A stretch of 64,000 bases of DNA. Source: Cyanidioschyzon merolae. Taxonomy: Eukaryota. The stretch is from assembly GCA_000091205.1 (NCBI GenBank), contig AP006491.2; one strand, written 5' to 3'. Shown in pieces: positions 1-11,839 of this stretch. The first letter of the stretch is position 1, and every line of letters begins with the position of its first letter. The notes below the pieces were generated by a model that was given only the letters and a program-made list of their open reading frames with translations, was not told the DNA's origin and did no database searches. Both the position numbers and the translations under genes were made by a program.

Positions 1-109
1 TATTTCTTCAAATGGACGCACTGCGGAAGCGTCTGATATAAATCGCGAAAAACCAGTAGACGACATGTAGTAGGGGTGGAACCCAAACGAGGTAAGAGAC
101 TATAAAATG

Positions 110-1400
110 CGACACTGAACTGCTCGCTCTTTGGCTGCCTTGCGATTTTTCCGAGCTTTTCTTGAGATGCGGATCCAAAATTCCAATTGTAGCAATTAGG
201 ACCGAGGATATCGTGGGTATAATGGGCTTCTTTGTCGTCTTTTCAAAGTGACACCTTCGACTCTTTGCTTCTAAAATCCGTTATGCCACCGTCAGCAAGA
301 TGATTTACGATGCCTTCGAAAGCGAGTTCTTAAAATAACCGCGATCATTGTCCAATTCACACATACAAGCCTCCATTCTCTTCTCCTTTCTTTACGTCTA
401 GTATGCGCACATCGCGCATTCTGCAAGGTTAAAATCTTTCCGTTTCGAGACTGCTCGTAGGATTTGCAATTTGCGCTGCTGGGTGGACGAGAAGAAAACT
501 CGACGCAGTACCCTGAAGACTTTTTTGCAAGCTCCTGCCGTAAGTTCAAGGAACTGTTCACTTCAAACAATAGGTTCCGTTCGAATCGCCAATTTTCTTC
601 TGTTTGCGGCCACCGACCATACGATTCTCGACAACAGCATGATGGCTTAAACGAGATAAGCTCCCAGAGGCCCCGTCGATTTTGCTTGCATGGAAAAGGG
701 TCTTTGACACGAATTCCAGCCTTCGCAGCGATCGCTTTCGGTAGAAATTGCATCCGTGCTTTGCATGGAGTGTAAATGGATCGAGATTCCTCGAGTCGTT
801 CTCCAATCTACATCCCCCTCCGATGTGTGATTCAAGGCGAACAACATTGCGTTCAACAAATCTATCATCGGATAGAGAGGCATGTCCATGCGCGAGCAGC
901 AGGCCAAGAACTCGCCGGCTGTATAATCCCGAAGCAGCCCATGAGCGCAGAGTACGCCACGGGGCGCGCAAACGGAGGAAAGCATTGGTAAGATCCTTCT
1001 ATATCCGTCAAGGGCATTTCCTGACCGATAATGCAAATGCTCCCGCGCCGCAGGGCAGCCCGTGGTGCAGATGTGATGGGAAAATGGAAAAACCTGGTTA
1101 CAGCCGAGTGTCACCTCTGCGAAAGGCACACCGGAGCTGTACAAAAAGCAAATGAAAAAGGCGAACGAAGCGTGGATCGCAAATTGGAACTGTGAAAGGA
1201 TTGCGTTGATAGCAGCGGGAAGAGGCGAAATTGGGTCTATAACGCTGGTATGATCCCCTTTAGCTTACGGCCATGGAGCTGGTAGGACGTGAATGATCAG
1301 CGTAACTGAGGCCGGAGATTAGACAGATGAGAAGAAATCAGCTGTAGAAAACGCACTCTAAGGCTGGTGTTGGTGAACGTGGGAAGAAATCCAAAATTTG
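110..1400 (+). pseudogene. Y-family TnpB/Fanzor-like relic, most diverged copy (approximate bounds)
   Basis: It is collinear with the 17.4-18.5 kb copy. The 5' block ttccgagctttt (149-160) is shared. The translated stretch GAVQKANEKGERSVDRKLEL*KDCVDSSGKRRNWVYNAGMIPF (1133-1261) matches EAVQKEDANGKRSSDRDSRQCIKRVYNSEKPRNRDFNATISIL. Stops and frameshifts are present, and the RNRD position reads RRNW. The overlapping 60-165 aa ORFs in all frames are not convincing genes. Confidence 0.35.
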
Positions 1401-1544
1401 AGAGTAAACGTCCGTGTTATTTGAGTGGACCTGTTCAATTTTACTCTATGCTGGGTGTGTCTCTGATCTAAACAAGGGAGTGGCGCTTCCCCTGTTCCAA
1501 AGTCGAATAGTTGAACAATTGCTAACGGCTCGCTTGCTCTCACT

Positions 1545-2327
1545 TTATGTCGAGAGACCATTCCCTGACAGCCAGTGAACCAAGGTTGCGCGAACGCGCT
1601 TCCAAAACCCCGGTCGATTCACCTTTCGCGGACGCGTTTCGGGAACTCTCGAAAAGGTCAGATTGTATCTCGAGGCCTGATCTGCGAACGGTGGAATATG
1701 CAGTGAAGTATTGCGGTGCTCTGCGGACTCGTCAGCATCCGTGACACTTCCATTGACGCCCAACCATTTTGCTGCCTGGAAGCTGTAAAACAACTGCTTG
1801 GCCGCATCGCGCACGTTTGGCTCTGAGCTGTGCTGTAGCTCTCCATAAAGCTTCCGTGCGTCTTCACACGAGCCGAGCGCGTCCTGACAGAGAGCAACTT
1901 GCAGCAAAACACGAGACCCCAGCTCGCCGCGGACTCTTGCAAGTGGCCTCACTGCAGTTAGTTGCTCCAGCGCGGATTCGTACTTCCCGGCCTGAAGCAT
2001 TCGCTCAGCTGACTCCAGAGCAGCGGATAACGCGCTCCTCTCTTCTTCAGTTTCCGCATTTTCGTTTCGTTTCATGCGATACCGTTCTAAAAGCACCCGG
2101 AGTCTCTGTTCTCGTTTTTGGGCGGCATCATCTGGGACAGATACTCCACCAATAGGGATCGATCGGCCACCACCGAATGTTTGTGAAACATCAAGAGGTC
2201 GGGGGAAAACGCCCCAGGTAGAGACCCTGGGCTTGTATACCGAGTCAGGCGGTGCTGCGCGCTCTAGCTTCTCGGGTTCCATGTTGTTCTCAGAACACAT
2301 AGCTGGCCCCGATAGAAACAATTTCAT
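1545..2327 (-). CDS. Hypothetical protein with helical TPR-like C-terminal half
   Basis: The ORF-track ORF is 1545..2738 (397 aa). Only the last ~260 aa, from the Met at 2327 (MKLFLSGPAM...), look protein-like: WGVFPRPLDVSQTFGGGRSIP, then helical repeats LQAGKYESALEQL and ALCQDALGSCEDARKLY. The upstream part is Cys/Arg-rich and probably non-coding. The start is uncertain. Confidence 0.45.
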   Translation of the reverse strand: MKLFLSGPAMCSENNMEPEKLERAAPPDSVYKPRVSTWGVFPRPLDVSQTFGGGRSIPIGGVSVPDDAAQKREQRLRVLLERYRMKRNENAETEEERSALSAALESAERMLQAGKYESALEQLTAVRPLARVRGELGSRVLLQVALCQDALGSCEDARKLYGELQHSSEPNVRDAAKQLFYSFQAAKWLGVNGSVTDADESAEHRNTSLHIPPFADQASRYNLTFSRVPETRPRKVNRPGFWKRVRATLVHWLSGNGLST

Positions 2328-3770
2328 TCGGATAGGAACTCGCTTTGGGTTACCTCGCGCTGCGCCTTTGCAAATTTTCGGGCTAATGATCGATAAAAAC
2401 ACTAAGCAAGGCTGTCGGCAGCAGACCCTTCTCGGAGCAAGCCTCGGGTCCTCGTGCTCTAGCGGGAGTTCGTACAGACCTCCTCGGTCACAAGAGCTCG
2501 CGTGATTGAACGAAAATCTGAGGCGCATGAGACGTTCAAACAGTAGCTTATTCGTCACCGTCTTCGCCGATAGATAGGTGACCCTGAAAAACGAACAGCG
2601 GCAACGTGGCCTCGCCTCGGAGAGAAGTGCGCTGCACAGAATACTTTGCACGCTCGCTTCGAAAAACTGTCGTTCCAGCTGCTCTTGTTTGAGGTTGCTT
2701 TCGGAACCCCACTTTATTGCAAGTTCAGTACCTTCCAAAACGTTCCGCTCTCTGGGTCTGTGGAAAGCACCAGCGTGCAGGTGACCGTGCTCCAGTGATC
2801 AGACGCCACTGGGGATCAAAATGTTTCACCAGTCATGAACCAAGTTGGCGCATGCGACTTTCTCAGATGACAGAACGTTTAGATTGACCATAGCTCCCAG
2901 AATTCGGAATGGATAATAGCTTTCGGGAGAGGGTCCATGATGAAGCGCCTATCTTAGAGTTCCATTACCCATACTTGCTCTCGGATATACTGGTCGTTTC
3001 GTATGCTCGATCGTGCGACAAGTGCCTGCCGTGAACACCCGCCGTGGCGCTTATACCACTGAAGCAGATGCTGCACGGAGACAGAACGGCTTTGCCATAC
3101 CACTGAGGGCGCCCGCTCGAAGAATGATTCATTCAACATAGGGTCGGAATACATAATAATAATCCTGGGAGCCTGTAAGCTGCGCAGACAGATGCGCTGC
3201 CTGCGACAGCGCGAAGCGATACACTAAGAGTCCACTGCGACCAGGGTGACGCCCAGACGCAGCATCCTGCTCCTAGTCCCAAAGTGAATTCCGTTGCGGA
3301 CGAGCTGCGCAGGTCTCGCCACAGCACCTGCCACTGGTGGAAGCGTGAAGCACTAGGCCTGCAGACTCGTCCGGCTCGCGGGACCTTCTGCCTAGAGGGT
3401 AAACTTTCGAAGATACTGAAACTTTTCCCCATTTCGACGCTTATTATCAATGTCGAAAGAAACTGTTATCGAGTTGCTAGTCAGTGGTTAGTTTCTGTTA
3501 TTTCTTCCCTAGGAGAGTACTTGCTGCTCACGGGACGGGCACAACTGGAGGGCCCACCAGTCCGAGGACTGGCCTTTGCTGCCGCTATCTCTATTCAAAG
3601 CCCTGCCGAGTGCTCTCTCATTTTCTCTCTCTACAACCTCCTGTCCGCGCCCTTGGCCAAACCTGTGAAAAGATATCGCTCGCGTCACTCGTGTTCATAT
3701 GTAGGGTACATTGGCGCATGCGATACCCAATGAAATCGGCGTCGTCATCTAACGGATTGGTTGCTAGACT

Positions 3771-4349
3771 TTGCGCGGCTGTTGGAGAAGTTATTGTATG
3801 GCCTGGCACCAAAGCATATCAGAGTTTGCGCGAACTTCCCGGTTTGGCTTGACAGGGGTGCCAGCTGTGGAAAATCCATCTGATGAACCATACGCCTTCC
3901 GATACTTCGTGCTACAGTTCAGAATTCGGTGTTCAGTTCGCGATGACGAGTGGCTAGGCGTTTGGGGCTCGCTTCCTCTGCTGCACGATTGTTTCAACGC
4001 ACCACTTCCGATGAAAAAACTACGTCGCTCAAGGGGCCAGATCGAGTGGGCTTTGCGTGTGCGTTTTCCAAAGCATCTTTATGACGGTTGCGAGTTTACG
4101 TATATATACTGCCTGTTACGGAAAGTTTCTGCGGATAGCCAGTATGAATCTTCCTACGAAGTCGTTGGCTGCGAGCCCTGTCCGTTACGCAAAAGTATTC
4201 TGAGCAGCGAAATCTTGCCATACGGTTTCTACGAACATGACGATCGCTGGGGTCATAATGACGGGAAGGTATATCCAAGGCAGGATCGCCTGGGTGTACT
4301 TGTATACAAGCATCTTTCGCGAGACGCCGCTCCATGCCGCATATCATAG
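3771..4349 (+). CDS. Hypothetical protein, possible CBM20-like carbohydrate-binding fold
   Basis: This is a 192-aa ORF. The segment FVLQFRIRCSVRDDEWLGVWGSLPLLHDCFNAPLPMKKL...IEWALRVRFPKHLYDGCEFTYIYCL loosely follows the CBM20 pattern recalled from memory. The match is weak. Confidence 0.3.
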   Translation: MRGCWRSYCMAWHQSISEFARTSRFGLTGVPAVENPSDEPYAFRYFVLQFRIRCSVRDDEWLGVWGSLPLLHDCFNAPLPMKKLRRSRGQIEWALRVRFPKHLYDGCEFTYIYCLLRKVSADSQYESSYEVVGCEPCPLRKSILSSEILPYGFYEHDDRWGHNDGKVYPRQDRLGVLVYKHLSRDAAPCRIS

Positions 4350-6322
4350 GCAAGAGACAAAGTGACAGCTTGAACGCGCACGTCACACTTGTCTGCAGCA
4401 CTTTGACGTTTATGAGAAAGCGCTCAAGGTGTAGTCGAAAATTCCATCTCACGTGGCCCAAATGCACAGCGACACAGCACTTCATAGAGCGCGCTCCACC
4501 GGCAAACACGAACGGCGGCAGGCATCAATCGTGACCCTGTGCCCGAGCGGAATTTCCTCTGTTCTTACGACTTACAGTTGTTCCGCTCGGTGCAAATATT
4601 TCCTACTCAGCTTTAGTTGATAATGAGGCCGAGATCCCCAATATCTGGAATATTGGAATGAGAAGCATGAAGTCGTTTCGTGGTGGCGTCGATTAGCAGC
4701 AGTCTACCTAGAGAAATCGCCTATCCGCTCTTTTGCCCCCGGCTTCTTGTTGTATTTGGAGCTGTAATTTCTGGAATCATTGTACCAGAGCACCTTTTTG
4801 GTTTTGGTCTGTTTTCGTCGCAGTTATGGAACGAAAGCAATGTGTTCTGTAGATTCGAGAGAGGTCCCGGAAGTATGCTATACTGTCACTGTTAACTTGA
4901 GAAAGAATGGCCTTGGCCCTAGAGCTCACTTCTTCCACGGTAAGCAGGTTGATCAACCAAACATGTAGCAGTCCTTATTCTTAACGTCTCGCAATCTAGA
5001 CAGAATTTATGAATCTCCATTCACGCGAACGTCTTTTGATCAATTCATTCTGCACCATAAGCTCCGTGGGAAATTCTATCCAAGAATCCACGCGATTTTA
5101 AGCTTCCTTACCCCTGATACGAACGATAATGAAGAAACACGGATGGACAAGGAAAAAACACATTCTCGTGCGAGACCGTCGCATCTTGAACAACAGACTA
5201 CCGATTCCATACAGAAACGCGAAAGCTCATTACAGGAGTGAAGGGCGATCGCCTCACTCGATGCAGACTCATTAGGAAGAAATGGTAGACCTCTAGATGG
5301 ATAATTAAAGAGGGAGTAAACCATTTTTCATGAAGAAGAGACAAGCGAGAATGAGGACAATATTAGTCGTATCGGCAATTCGATCCTGTGGTCGCCTATA
5401 TGTCACTTAGATGACAGGGCCTGTCAACACCTTATCCATCATCGAAAGCGTCTGAAAGCTTTTCTTTTCAGTATTTCTCTTTAAAACTTGTCGAGAAAAC
5501 AGTTGCCATGACTCCAACGCGTTTAGAACATACGCAGCTGAGATTGGCGTGAAGCCGCTCCACGTGCCCACCTACTTTCACTGGTTCAGCCGAGTCGGGG
5601 GCGCACTCTCTGTGGTCAGACGCCATGATCACGCTCATGGATTCATGAAAGTGTCTTTTGTGTCCATTACACCGTTTTGTGACGAGCCTATTTTCTACAA
5701 GATGCTCTCTACCTTCACCAGGGTTGAGTTGCAGTGTTGGTCTTCTGCTTGGGCACGGGAGGGAGCCAAAAGGCGAGCCGGACTCGTTGGCGTGCTCGAG
5801 ACGGATAAGGTGACGGAAAATGTTCGTAGAAGTAGTAAATGTACACATAGAAAACGCAAGTCTCAGAGCCATCGTAAACCCAGTGCATCTGAATACCGAG
5901 GAAAAACTGATATGGAGTATAGCGATCACATCTATACCACTTTTCGAAGAAGGGGAGAAATAGAAGAGAACACCAGACAAAGAAGAAAGCTCCATCCTGT
6001 GGGAGGACGAGGAGAGACAGGAAATCATAACACGTCGAAGCGGAAACATCAGTCTGAAACTTTTGACAAAGCCTCCCAGCTAAAACTCATGAGCGGCGAG
6101 AACCTTTGGTAATGTGGGATGCAGAACTCCATTGGGGAACGCGCTGACTGTCACTCCATGTGGGGGCGCTTAGCTTCCCTCGCCCTGGTGCATCTCGCCA
6201 AACGACTGATCGCAACAGTTTCATTCGCAGGGATCCAAGCTGTCAACATTCCTCTGTAACTTCTCGATCAAGCATGCATCTGAAACCTGATGCTCGGGAT
6301 AGACGATGCAATACGACCTGAC

Positions 6323-7235
6323 TTTTTCCATGGCTCTGTATTATCTGGAGTCGGGCGTGATGGACGCCAGGCGGCATGCCAGCGGGTGGAATAGCGGCGT
6401 CAGACCCGATGATAGCGCTCTGAGCACCTGAACGAGTTGAGCGGGATGCGTTGTGCGCGCCACTCACAGAGCGTACAAGAGCGTGTATCTGGCTCACGTG
6501 GGCTATCCCTGGCAGGTTTCCATGAGACCGCATTGAGATCGCCAACCAGCTCGGTGCGATGAAACCACGAGCGCGCACCAGCTCACTTCTTCAATGGAGA
6601 GCAGAGGGAGATGATCGACAATTCGCGTCGTTTGGCGGTAGCCTGTGGCGCTCGACGCGCAGTGCTGCGCACAGGCTGTACTCCCGTGCCTTCGACGGCG
6701 GCGTGCAACGAGTGCACGAGTCGATTCTGCACTATTGCTGTCAATGCGAACAGGGCGATGGACGCGCATCACAGGCAGGGGTGCACGCTGGAGCTGGTAG
6801 AGAGGAACAGCGTAGAAGCGTGTCGGATGCACGGGCTGGTCAACGGCAAACTGACCGGGCGTCAGTTGACGAGGCCATCGAAGATAGGAGACTTGCTATG
6901 CCGCGGCTCGATCCGCAACAAGTGCACATGCACTTGCTGCACCCAGACCTGAGCGCCTCGATCAACTTACGGAAATGCCGGGAGCGTTCGGAGCGTCCCG
7001 CGGCATTGTGTCGAGCGAACTCTTGAGGGAATCCTTTAGTGCTCAGTGGAGGTATTGTGCTGGGAAGCTGATGCGTTGCGATGAATACGAATCGGTGGTC
7101 AGGTGGGCGGACATTGGATATCCGCCCTGGGCGAGTCGCTGGTGTAGCACGGGTCAGCGAACCGGAAAGGCTGGAGCATTACACAGATGTATATAATGGG
7201 AACCTTTTCTCCTGGGTGATTGGTGGACCACAATG
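6323..7235 (+). repeat. R1 repeat: third, partial copy of the outer ~0.9 kb of the 32-40 kb inverted-repeat arms
   Basis: ORFs 6503..6832(-), 6559..7026(+), 6611..6952(+) and 6975..7196(+) translate almost identically to 39816..40145, 39872..40339, 39924..40265 and 40288..40509. Near-identity stops at ~6323. A diverged continuation is visible upstream: acatagaaaacgcaagtctcag at ~5845 versus acacagaaaacgcaagtctcag at ~39219. Confidence 0.85.
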
Positions 7236-7528
7236 AAGCTGGATAATCCCATATTACCGCGTATCCGTATTCCGACGCTCCCATGACTTTACGTGCATCG
7301 CATATGAACTCTACAGCCACGTCGCGCTGCACTGTCGCAGGGCCTGGGCCCGTACGCGTTCCGCCATCCCAGCTATGATCGCATAACCGATGCGGGCCGC
7401 TCATCGTTTCGCGTTCTGGGCACGCGGTCACCGCGATTCGCGGTAACATTACAGACCAGCTTTTTAACATTTTTTGTCTCGGTGACTTCGCGAACGGTGC
7501 TCACGACGCGAGTTACTTTACATAGGAC

Positions 7529-7795
7529 ATGAGTAGCGCGGATACACCCGAGAGGGTGCAAGCGTTCAAAGCTTACCTCGAAGAACAGGGCGTGAACGCT
7601 TTTCTGGTCGAGGCGATCAGCGATCTGTACGCTTCGCAACCACGACCGACGAACGCGCTGCAGTTTCTCGAGCAACGATTGAGTGAAACGCTTAAAAAGC
7701 GGAAAGATCCTTCGAAAGTCGCAGCTCCAGAAGCAAGCAAGACGGACGAAGGGATAGGTCCCGAAACTACAGGGAAGGAGACGGAAAATTATTAG
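7529..7795 (+). CDS. MYCBP: c-Myc-binding protein (MYCBP/AMY-1, FAP174-like) homologue
   Basis: This is an 88-aa ORF. ERVQAFKAYLEEQGVNAFLVEAISDLYASQPRPTNALQFLEQRL is collinear with the MYCBP core (F-R-x-YLE-x-x-GV...L...LYE.P.KP.NAL.FL...L) as I recall it. Confidence 0.7.
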   Translation: MSSADTPERVQAFKAYLEEQGVNAFLVEAISDLYASQPRPTNALQFLEQRLSETLKKRKDPSKVAAPEASKTDEGIGPETTGKETENY

Positions 7796-8201
7796 CGGAA
7801 GGAACAAGAGTGCTGGGGACAACGCCGAGAACTGCGCACGTTGAGTTCTCAAAGAACTCCACTGGTTGATAGCGCCTTCCTTGCAGAACGCTTCTACCGG
7901 CTGGCAGTTCCCAAGCTTGCTGTACGACGTCAGACGAGATGCGCAAGTGACTAGTATCCATGCGGATAACTTGGACAATGTAAACGACGTCTCGCAGCGC
8001 CGCGCCAATGGCTGGCGCCTTTCCAAGAATGCAGCTGTTCAGGAAAGTCTTTACTCCTCGGAAAACGCTCAGATTTGGGATACTAGAATCTCTGCTTCCT
8101 GCAAGAGGGTGTATGTTGGAATCGTCTCAATTTGCCTCGAGTTCTAGTCCAGGCTCAAGGTGATCGTGCCCCTTTTAAATATGGTGGGAATTCTACAGAT
8201 T

Positions 8202-9479
8202 TCAGTTATATACCATGTAGCGCCCTGTCGCGCTGAACTTGGCGTAACCGCGGATGACCTTATTGATCGCATCCAGAAAGTCCTGCTCACAGACAGTCTT
8301 CCTCCGAGCTCGAATGGCGAACATTCCCGCCTCGGTGCAGACACTGCGAAGATCCGCGCCGGTCGTGTTTGGGCACAGACGCGCCAAAAGTTCAAACCGG
8401 ATGCCTCGTTCACAATTCATGCTGCGTGAGTGAATGCGTAGTATCGAGGTTCTGCCTTCTAGGTCGGGCAAACTGAACTCAATCTTTCGATCGAGCCGTC
8501 CAGGACGTAAAAGTGCTGGGTCCAGCGTGTCGGGTCGGTTTGTAGCCATAAGAACCTTGATATTTCCCCGTGCATCGAATCCATCGAGCTGGTTAACAAT
8601 CTCAAGCATTGTTCTTTGTACTTCGTTATCACCTCCTTGCCCATCATCGTATCGCGCTCCACCAATCGCGTCCACTTCGTCAAAGAATACAATTGCAGCC
8701 CTTTTTGAGCGCGCCAACTGAAACAATTCACGCACCATGCGGGCGCCTTCTCCGACATACTTTTGCACAAGTTCAGATCCTATCACTCGAATGAACGTCG
8801 CATCGGTCCTGTTCGCAACTGCACGAGCAAGGAGAGTTTTTCCAGTACCAGGAGGGCCGTACAACAAGACTCCTTTCGGCGGATCGATGCCAAGTTCAAT
8901 GAACCTTTCCGGATGCAGAAGAGGTAATTCGACAACTTCCCGAATCCGTTCAATCTGCTCTTTGACACCGCCAATATCTGCATAAGTCACGTCAGGTTTC
9001 TCTTCCACGGTCATCATTGTAACGCTGGGATCAATACGTGGCGGCAGAGGAAGCTGGATTTGGAACTTGTTACGGTCGACGCCAACACGCATTCCCTCCT
9101 CAATGTCCGTGGGCGCAACGCGCTCCCCGAGACCCACAACGTACTTTGCAATCTGGCGGATGTTAATGACGTACTTTGCTCGCTCAGCTCCTTCATCGAT
9201 GATTTTGGTGCAACGCGCCACTTGTAGGGGCTGCTCTTCTTGCATAGCCTGTTTATCGGCAACGAGATCCCACGAACTCGGGGCTGCTAGACCCGTGTCA
9301 AGCTCGCGAACGCCCACAAGCTCGTCAATATTTTTCGTACACTCCTCTATCTCTTTCTCCAACTGCTTGATTCTGTTGCTGTAAGGGCCGAGACCGTAAG
9401 ACCGGAGCAGTTGTATATCTCCAGCATCAAGAGGTTTCGTGCTCTTACTTCCAGTACCCGTCTCAGAGTCCCCTGCCAT
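8202..9479 (-). CDS. RPT1: 26S proteasome regulatory subunit 7 (Rpt1/PSMC2), AAA ATPase
   Basis: The ORF carries Walker A GPPGTGKT and Walker B IVFFDEVD. It is collinear with PSMC2 throughout ([53 protein letters not shown]-terminal [13 protein letters not shown]). The likely start is the Met at 9479 (MAGDSETG...); the ORF-track Met is at 9551. Confidence 0.95.
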   Translation of the reverse strand: MAGDSETGTGSKSTKPLDAGDIQLLRSYGLGPYSNRIKQLEKEIEECTKNIDELVGVRELDTGLAAPSSWDLVADKQAMQEEQPLQVARCTKIIDEGAERAKYVINIRQIAKYVVGLGERVAPTDIEEGMRVGVDRNKFQIQLPLPPRIDPSVTMMTVEEKPDVTYADIGGVKEQIERIREVVELPLLHPERFIELGIDPPKGVLLYGPPGTGKTLLARAVANRTDATFIRVIGSELVQKYVGEGARMVRELFQLARSKRAAIVFFDEVDAIGGARYDDGQGGDNEVQRTMLEIVNQLDGFDARGNIKVLMATNRPDTLDPALLRPGRLDRKIEFSLPDLEGRTSILRIHSRSMNCERGIRFELLARLCPNTTGADLRSVCTEAGMFAIRARRKTVCEQDFLDAINKVIRGYAKFSATGRYMVYN

Positions 9480-9780
9480 GATTAAGAAAGGTTGCCGCTG
9501 CAGGGCGTTCAACTCGCTAACAAATTGAGAGAAGACAATATTGTACGCCACGGGAATACAAAGAGAAGTGCGCCAGTGTCCGCCCTAAACTAATAGCGCC
9601 TCAGCGGTACTTCCCCGTGCTGAAAAGAACTCAAAGAATTCAACAGTCGGACCTATAGCTAAGATTCAGCGGCGCGCACACGCCATCAGAGCCACCGTAC
9701 GCCGCGTGCACCCATGTTGCCATAACACGGGCTATGTTCCCGAACTCACGACTATACTCGAAAGTTCGTGCCACTCACCG

Positions 9781-10640
9781 TTACCGCAAACGACGGCCTT
9801 GGCGGGCTTTTACCGCTATCGCTTCCATTTCCCCTCTCGCCTCTGGCTTTGAATACGCCGGTTGCTCATGTCTCTCCAGCCCCATGGTCACCAGCCGAAG
9901 GATACTGATCGTAGCGTTGAAGTCTCTGTTTCGCGGCTTCTCGCTGTTGTAGACCCGTTTTATGCACTGGCGCGAGTCACGATCTGAGCTTCGTTTACCA
10001 TTTGCATCCTCTTTCTGCACGGCCTCGGGGTGCACTCCCCAGCCGTTACACTTGGACCTGGTCAGGTGTTCCCATGTGCATCCACCAGTCCTCCACCGCC
10101 TCTGAGCGCCACTGTGTGGCGCGTAAACGCTTGACCCATCCCTCGGTACATGCGCTTTACCGTTCCGGAAGGCTCCGCCCGATGCCGTCCTCCGTTTCCG
10201 CGCGCTGCGCCATGCCCAATGATCACAGGCCTCTCCCGGGTGATTTCCTCAGCGAGTACTCTGTTCGCTGCACATTTGTGTGCGCGCTGTCGGATTCGAG
10301 TACTCGGACCCCGCCTCCTTGCCCGCTCTTCGTTTTTCTGCCAATTCTTCGCACAAAAAGTGCCGATGAGCTTGACGCGAATCGAGACACCTTGCCAACT
10401 CGTGGGTGTCGAGCCCGCATGTACTGTTTATTAGCGACGATGCGGCCAAGACGTCTGAGACTCACGCCGGGCTCGCTCGCAGGCGGCAGGCCTATCTTCG
10501 CCTCGGCGCCCTCGTATTTGAGGAATATTCGACCAAGGTTTAGAAACTGGCTGCTGATACCGGTTGCTCCCAGAAGCAGCGTCCGGGGTCGTCGTCGACG
10601 TCTCGCTGACCGTGATGTCCACGACATTCAGCACCAAAGA
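9781..10640 (-). pseudogene. Y-family TnpB/Fanzor-like RuvC nuclease relic (arm A copy)
   Basis: The minus-strand translation, spread across frames, reads VVDITVSET, then LGRIVANKQYMRARHPRVGKVSRF, then PVIIGHGAARGNGG, then EHLTRSKCNGWG (10036-10071), then RQCIKRVYNSEKPRNRDFNATISILRL (motif at 9892-9933). This follows the TnpB order: RuvC-I, helical RxxNxRxDxxHK, RuvC-II region, TSKxCxxCG, CxxC and DRDxNAAxNI. Frameshifts are present and Zn-ribbon cysteines are lost. Confidence 0.55.
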
Positions 10641-11139
10641 GTCGAAGGAGTGCTCAGAAACGAGGACCCGGAATCTCCAACATACCTATGAGTTCGTAGA
10701 ACATTACTGATGCGCTTCGAATGCCGAAGCTGTACGTCTGAACAAAAGTTCAGAAGCAAATCGAACGACGGCCACAGAGAAAGCAGTTTAGTGTTCTCTT
10801 TATAAATCTGACATGGACTAATGGTCTATAAACTCAACTGTATTCCTGCCGCACTGTGTATGATCGAATGCTGTTTGCGGTCTAGGGCGGGGGCCAGAAA
10901 TCACGATGCCATGTACCCGATAGATCGTAGGCGAATCGCCTGTGCGATACATATTCTTTCCTGAACAGTGCATGGAGGACTGCGTTCCTCCTCCAGGTCG
11001 GTCGTACAACAGTACTCAGATGGTTGACGAACACTGACCGAAAGAAGTAGATGCACTCTGCGTCAAACATCGATATTCTCAGAGAATGCGCGCGATCAAC
11101 GGTAGAAAACGGCCCGCTGACCACCTTTTACGAAAGACA

Positions 11140-11780
11140 AATGCGAAAATAGTAGTCGCTACGCGCGTCCCTGTTCCTTAAAAGCGTGTTCGAGTGGTCC
11201 TGAATACACGGGGTACAGTCGCAAAAAGAAAGTCTCAGTTCGTGCACGGCCATTTCCCACCGAGGTCACAGCTACTTCAGCGTTCGTGGAACGCCACTAT
11301 CCGTATGGAGCACAGGGACCGGGACACGGACGTCGGTTTGCTTGTTCAGTCGATGAAACTTGCTTCGGACGAGGCGGCCGGAGCGTAAATGGGTATTCGC
11401 GGACAGTGCACCCGCTGGATGTACGATCGAGCTCGAAGAGAGCGAGGATGTCATCATCTGCTCCAGACGGAGTGGACTTTATTTGCGGCCTCAGATTCAC
11501 TAGTGGAGAAGGCTCATCGACCAACACCAGCCACTTGATCGAATCATGGAAGATTTCGCCCCGACGTCGGGCGACGTCCTTCTGCTGGACACCGTGGCAT
11601 TTCACCATCCCCCTTGCGTTCGGGCTTTTGCCGATCCTGTCGAGGTATAGTGCTGCTTTTCATTCCTCTGTGCTCTACTTGATTCAACCTCATCAAAAGA
11701 ATGTTTTCCATTGTGAAACGTATGATGTCGCTCCAGTGGGGTCATCGCTGAAGCTTCCGGCACACGTTGACACACGGGCG
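11140..11780 (-). pseudogene. X1-family TnpB/Fanzor-like relic (arm A copy), 5'-truncated
   Basis: The minus-strand pieces run in TnpB order: SSRAQRNEKQHYTSTGSAKARTQ (11617-11676), VARRRGEIFHDSIKWLVLVDEPSPLVNL (11492-11569), SGADDDILALFELDRTSSGCTVRE, VSSTEQ...CPGPC, and FCDCTPCIQDHSNTLLRNRDARSDYYFRI (11140-11226). There are at least three frameshifts or stops. A ~310-bp non-coding tail runs to 10831. Confidence 0.5.
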
Positions 11781-11839
11781 CATGGTGTCTTACTTTCGCG
11801 AGTCCTAGCTTTTGCGGGAAGGTCCTCACCTAAACGAAT

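Noticed and set aside
571-590. tRNA T-loop-like string gttcgaatc (579-587), and a general scan of intergenic DNA for tRNA genes.
   Set aside because: The flanking bases cannot form a T-stem or acceptor stem. I could not support any tRNA by eye. A tRNAscan-SE run is needed for a definitive answer.
292-1155. Six mutually overlapping 70-165-aa ORFs at the window start.
   Set aside because: None has a protein-like composition. The region aligns to the decayed Y-family relic instead.
2954-3154. 66-aa minus-strand ORF with RSVSVQHLLQWYKRHGGCSRQALVARSSIRNDQYIR, reminiscent of a CENP-B/pogo-type HTH.
   Set aside because: It is an isolated ~35-aa resemblance with no DDE domain downstream. It is too weak to call.
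7373-8026. 217-aa minus-strand ORF.
   Set aside because: It is antisense to the well-supported MYCBP-like gene (7529..7795), is S/L/R/C-rich, and has no recognisable domain.
10002-10691. 229-aa ORF (mirror copy at 17531..18220), the longest ORF inside the IR1 arms.
   Set aside because: It lies antisense to the ordered TnpB-like motifs of the Y relic. Its composition is R/S/P/A-rich with no motif. Its partial conservation in the 41-kb copy is explained by DNA homology.
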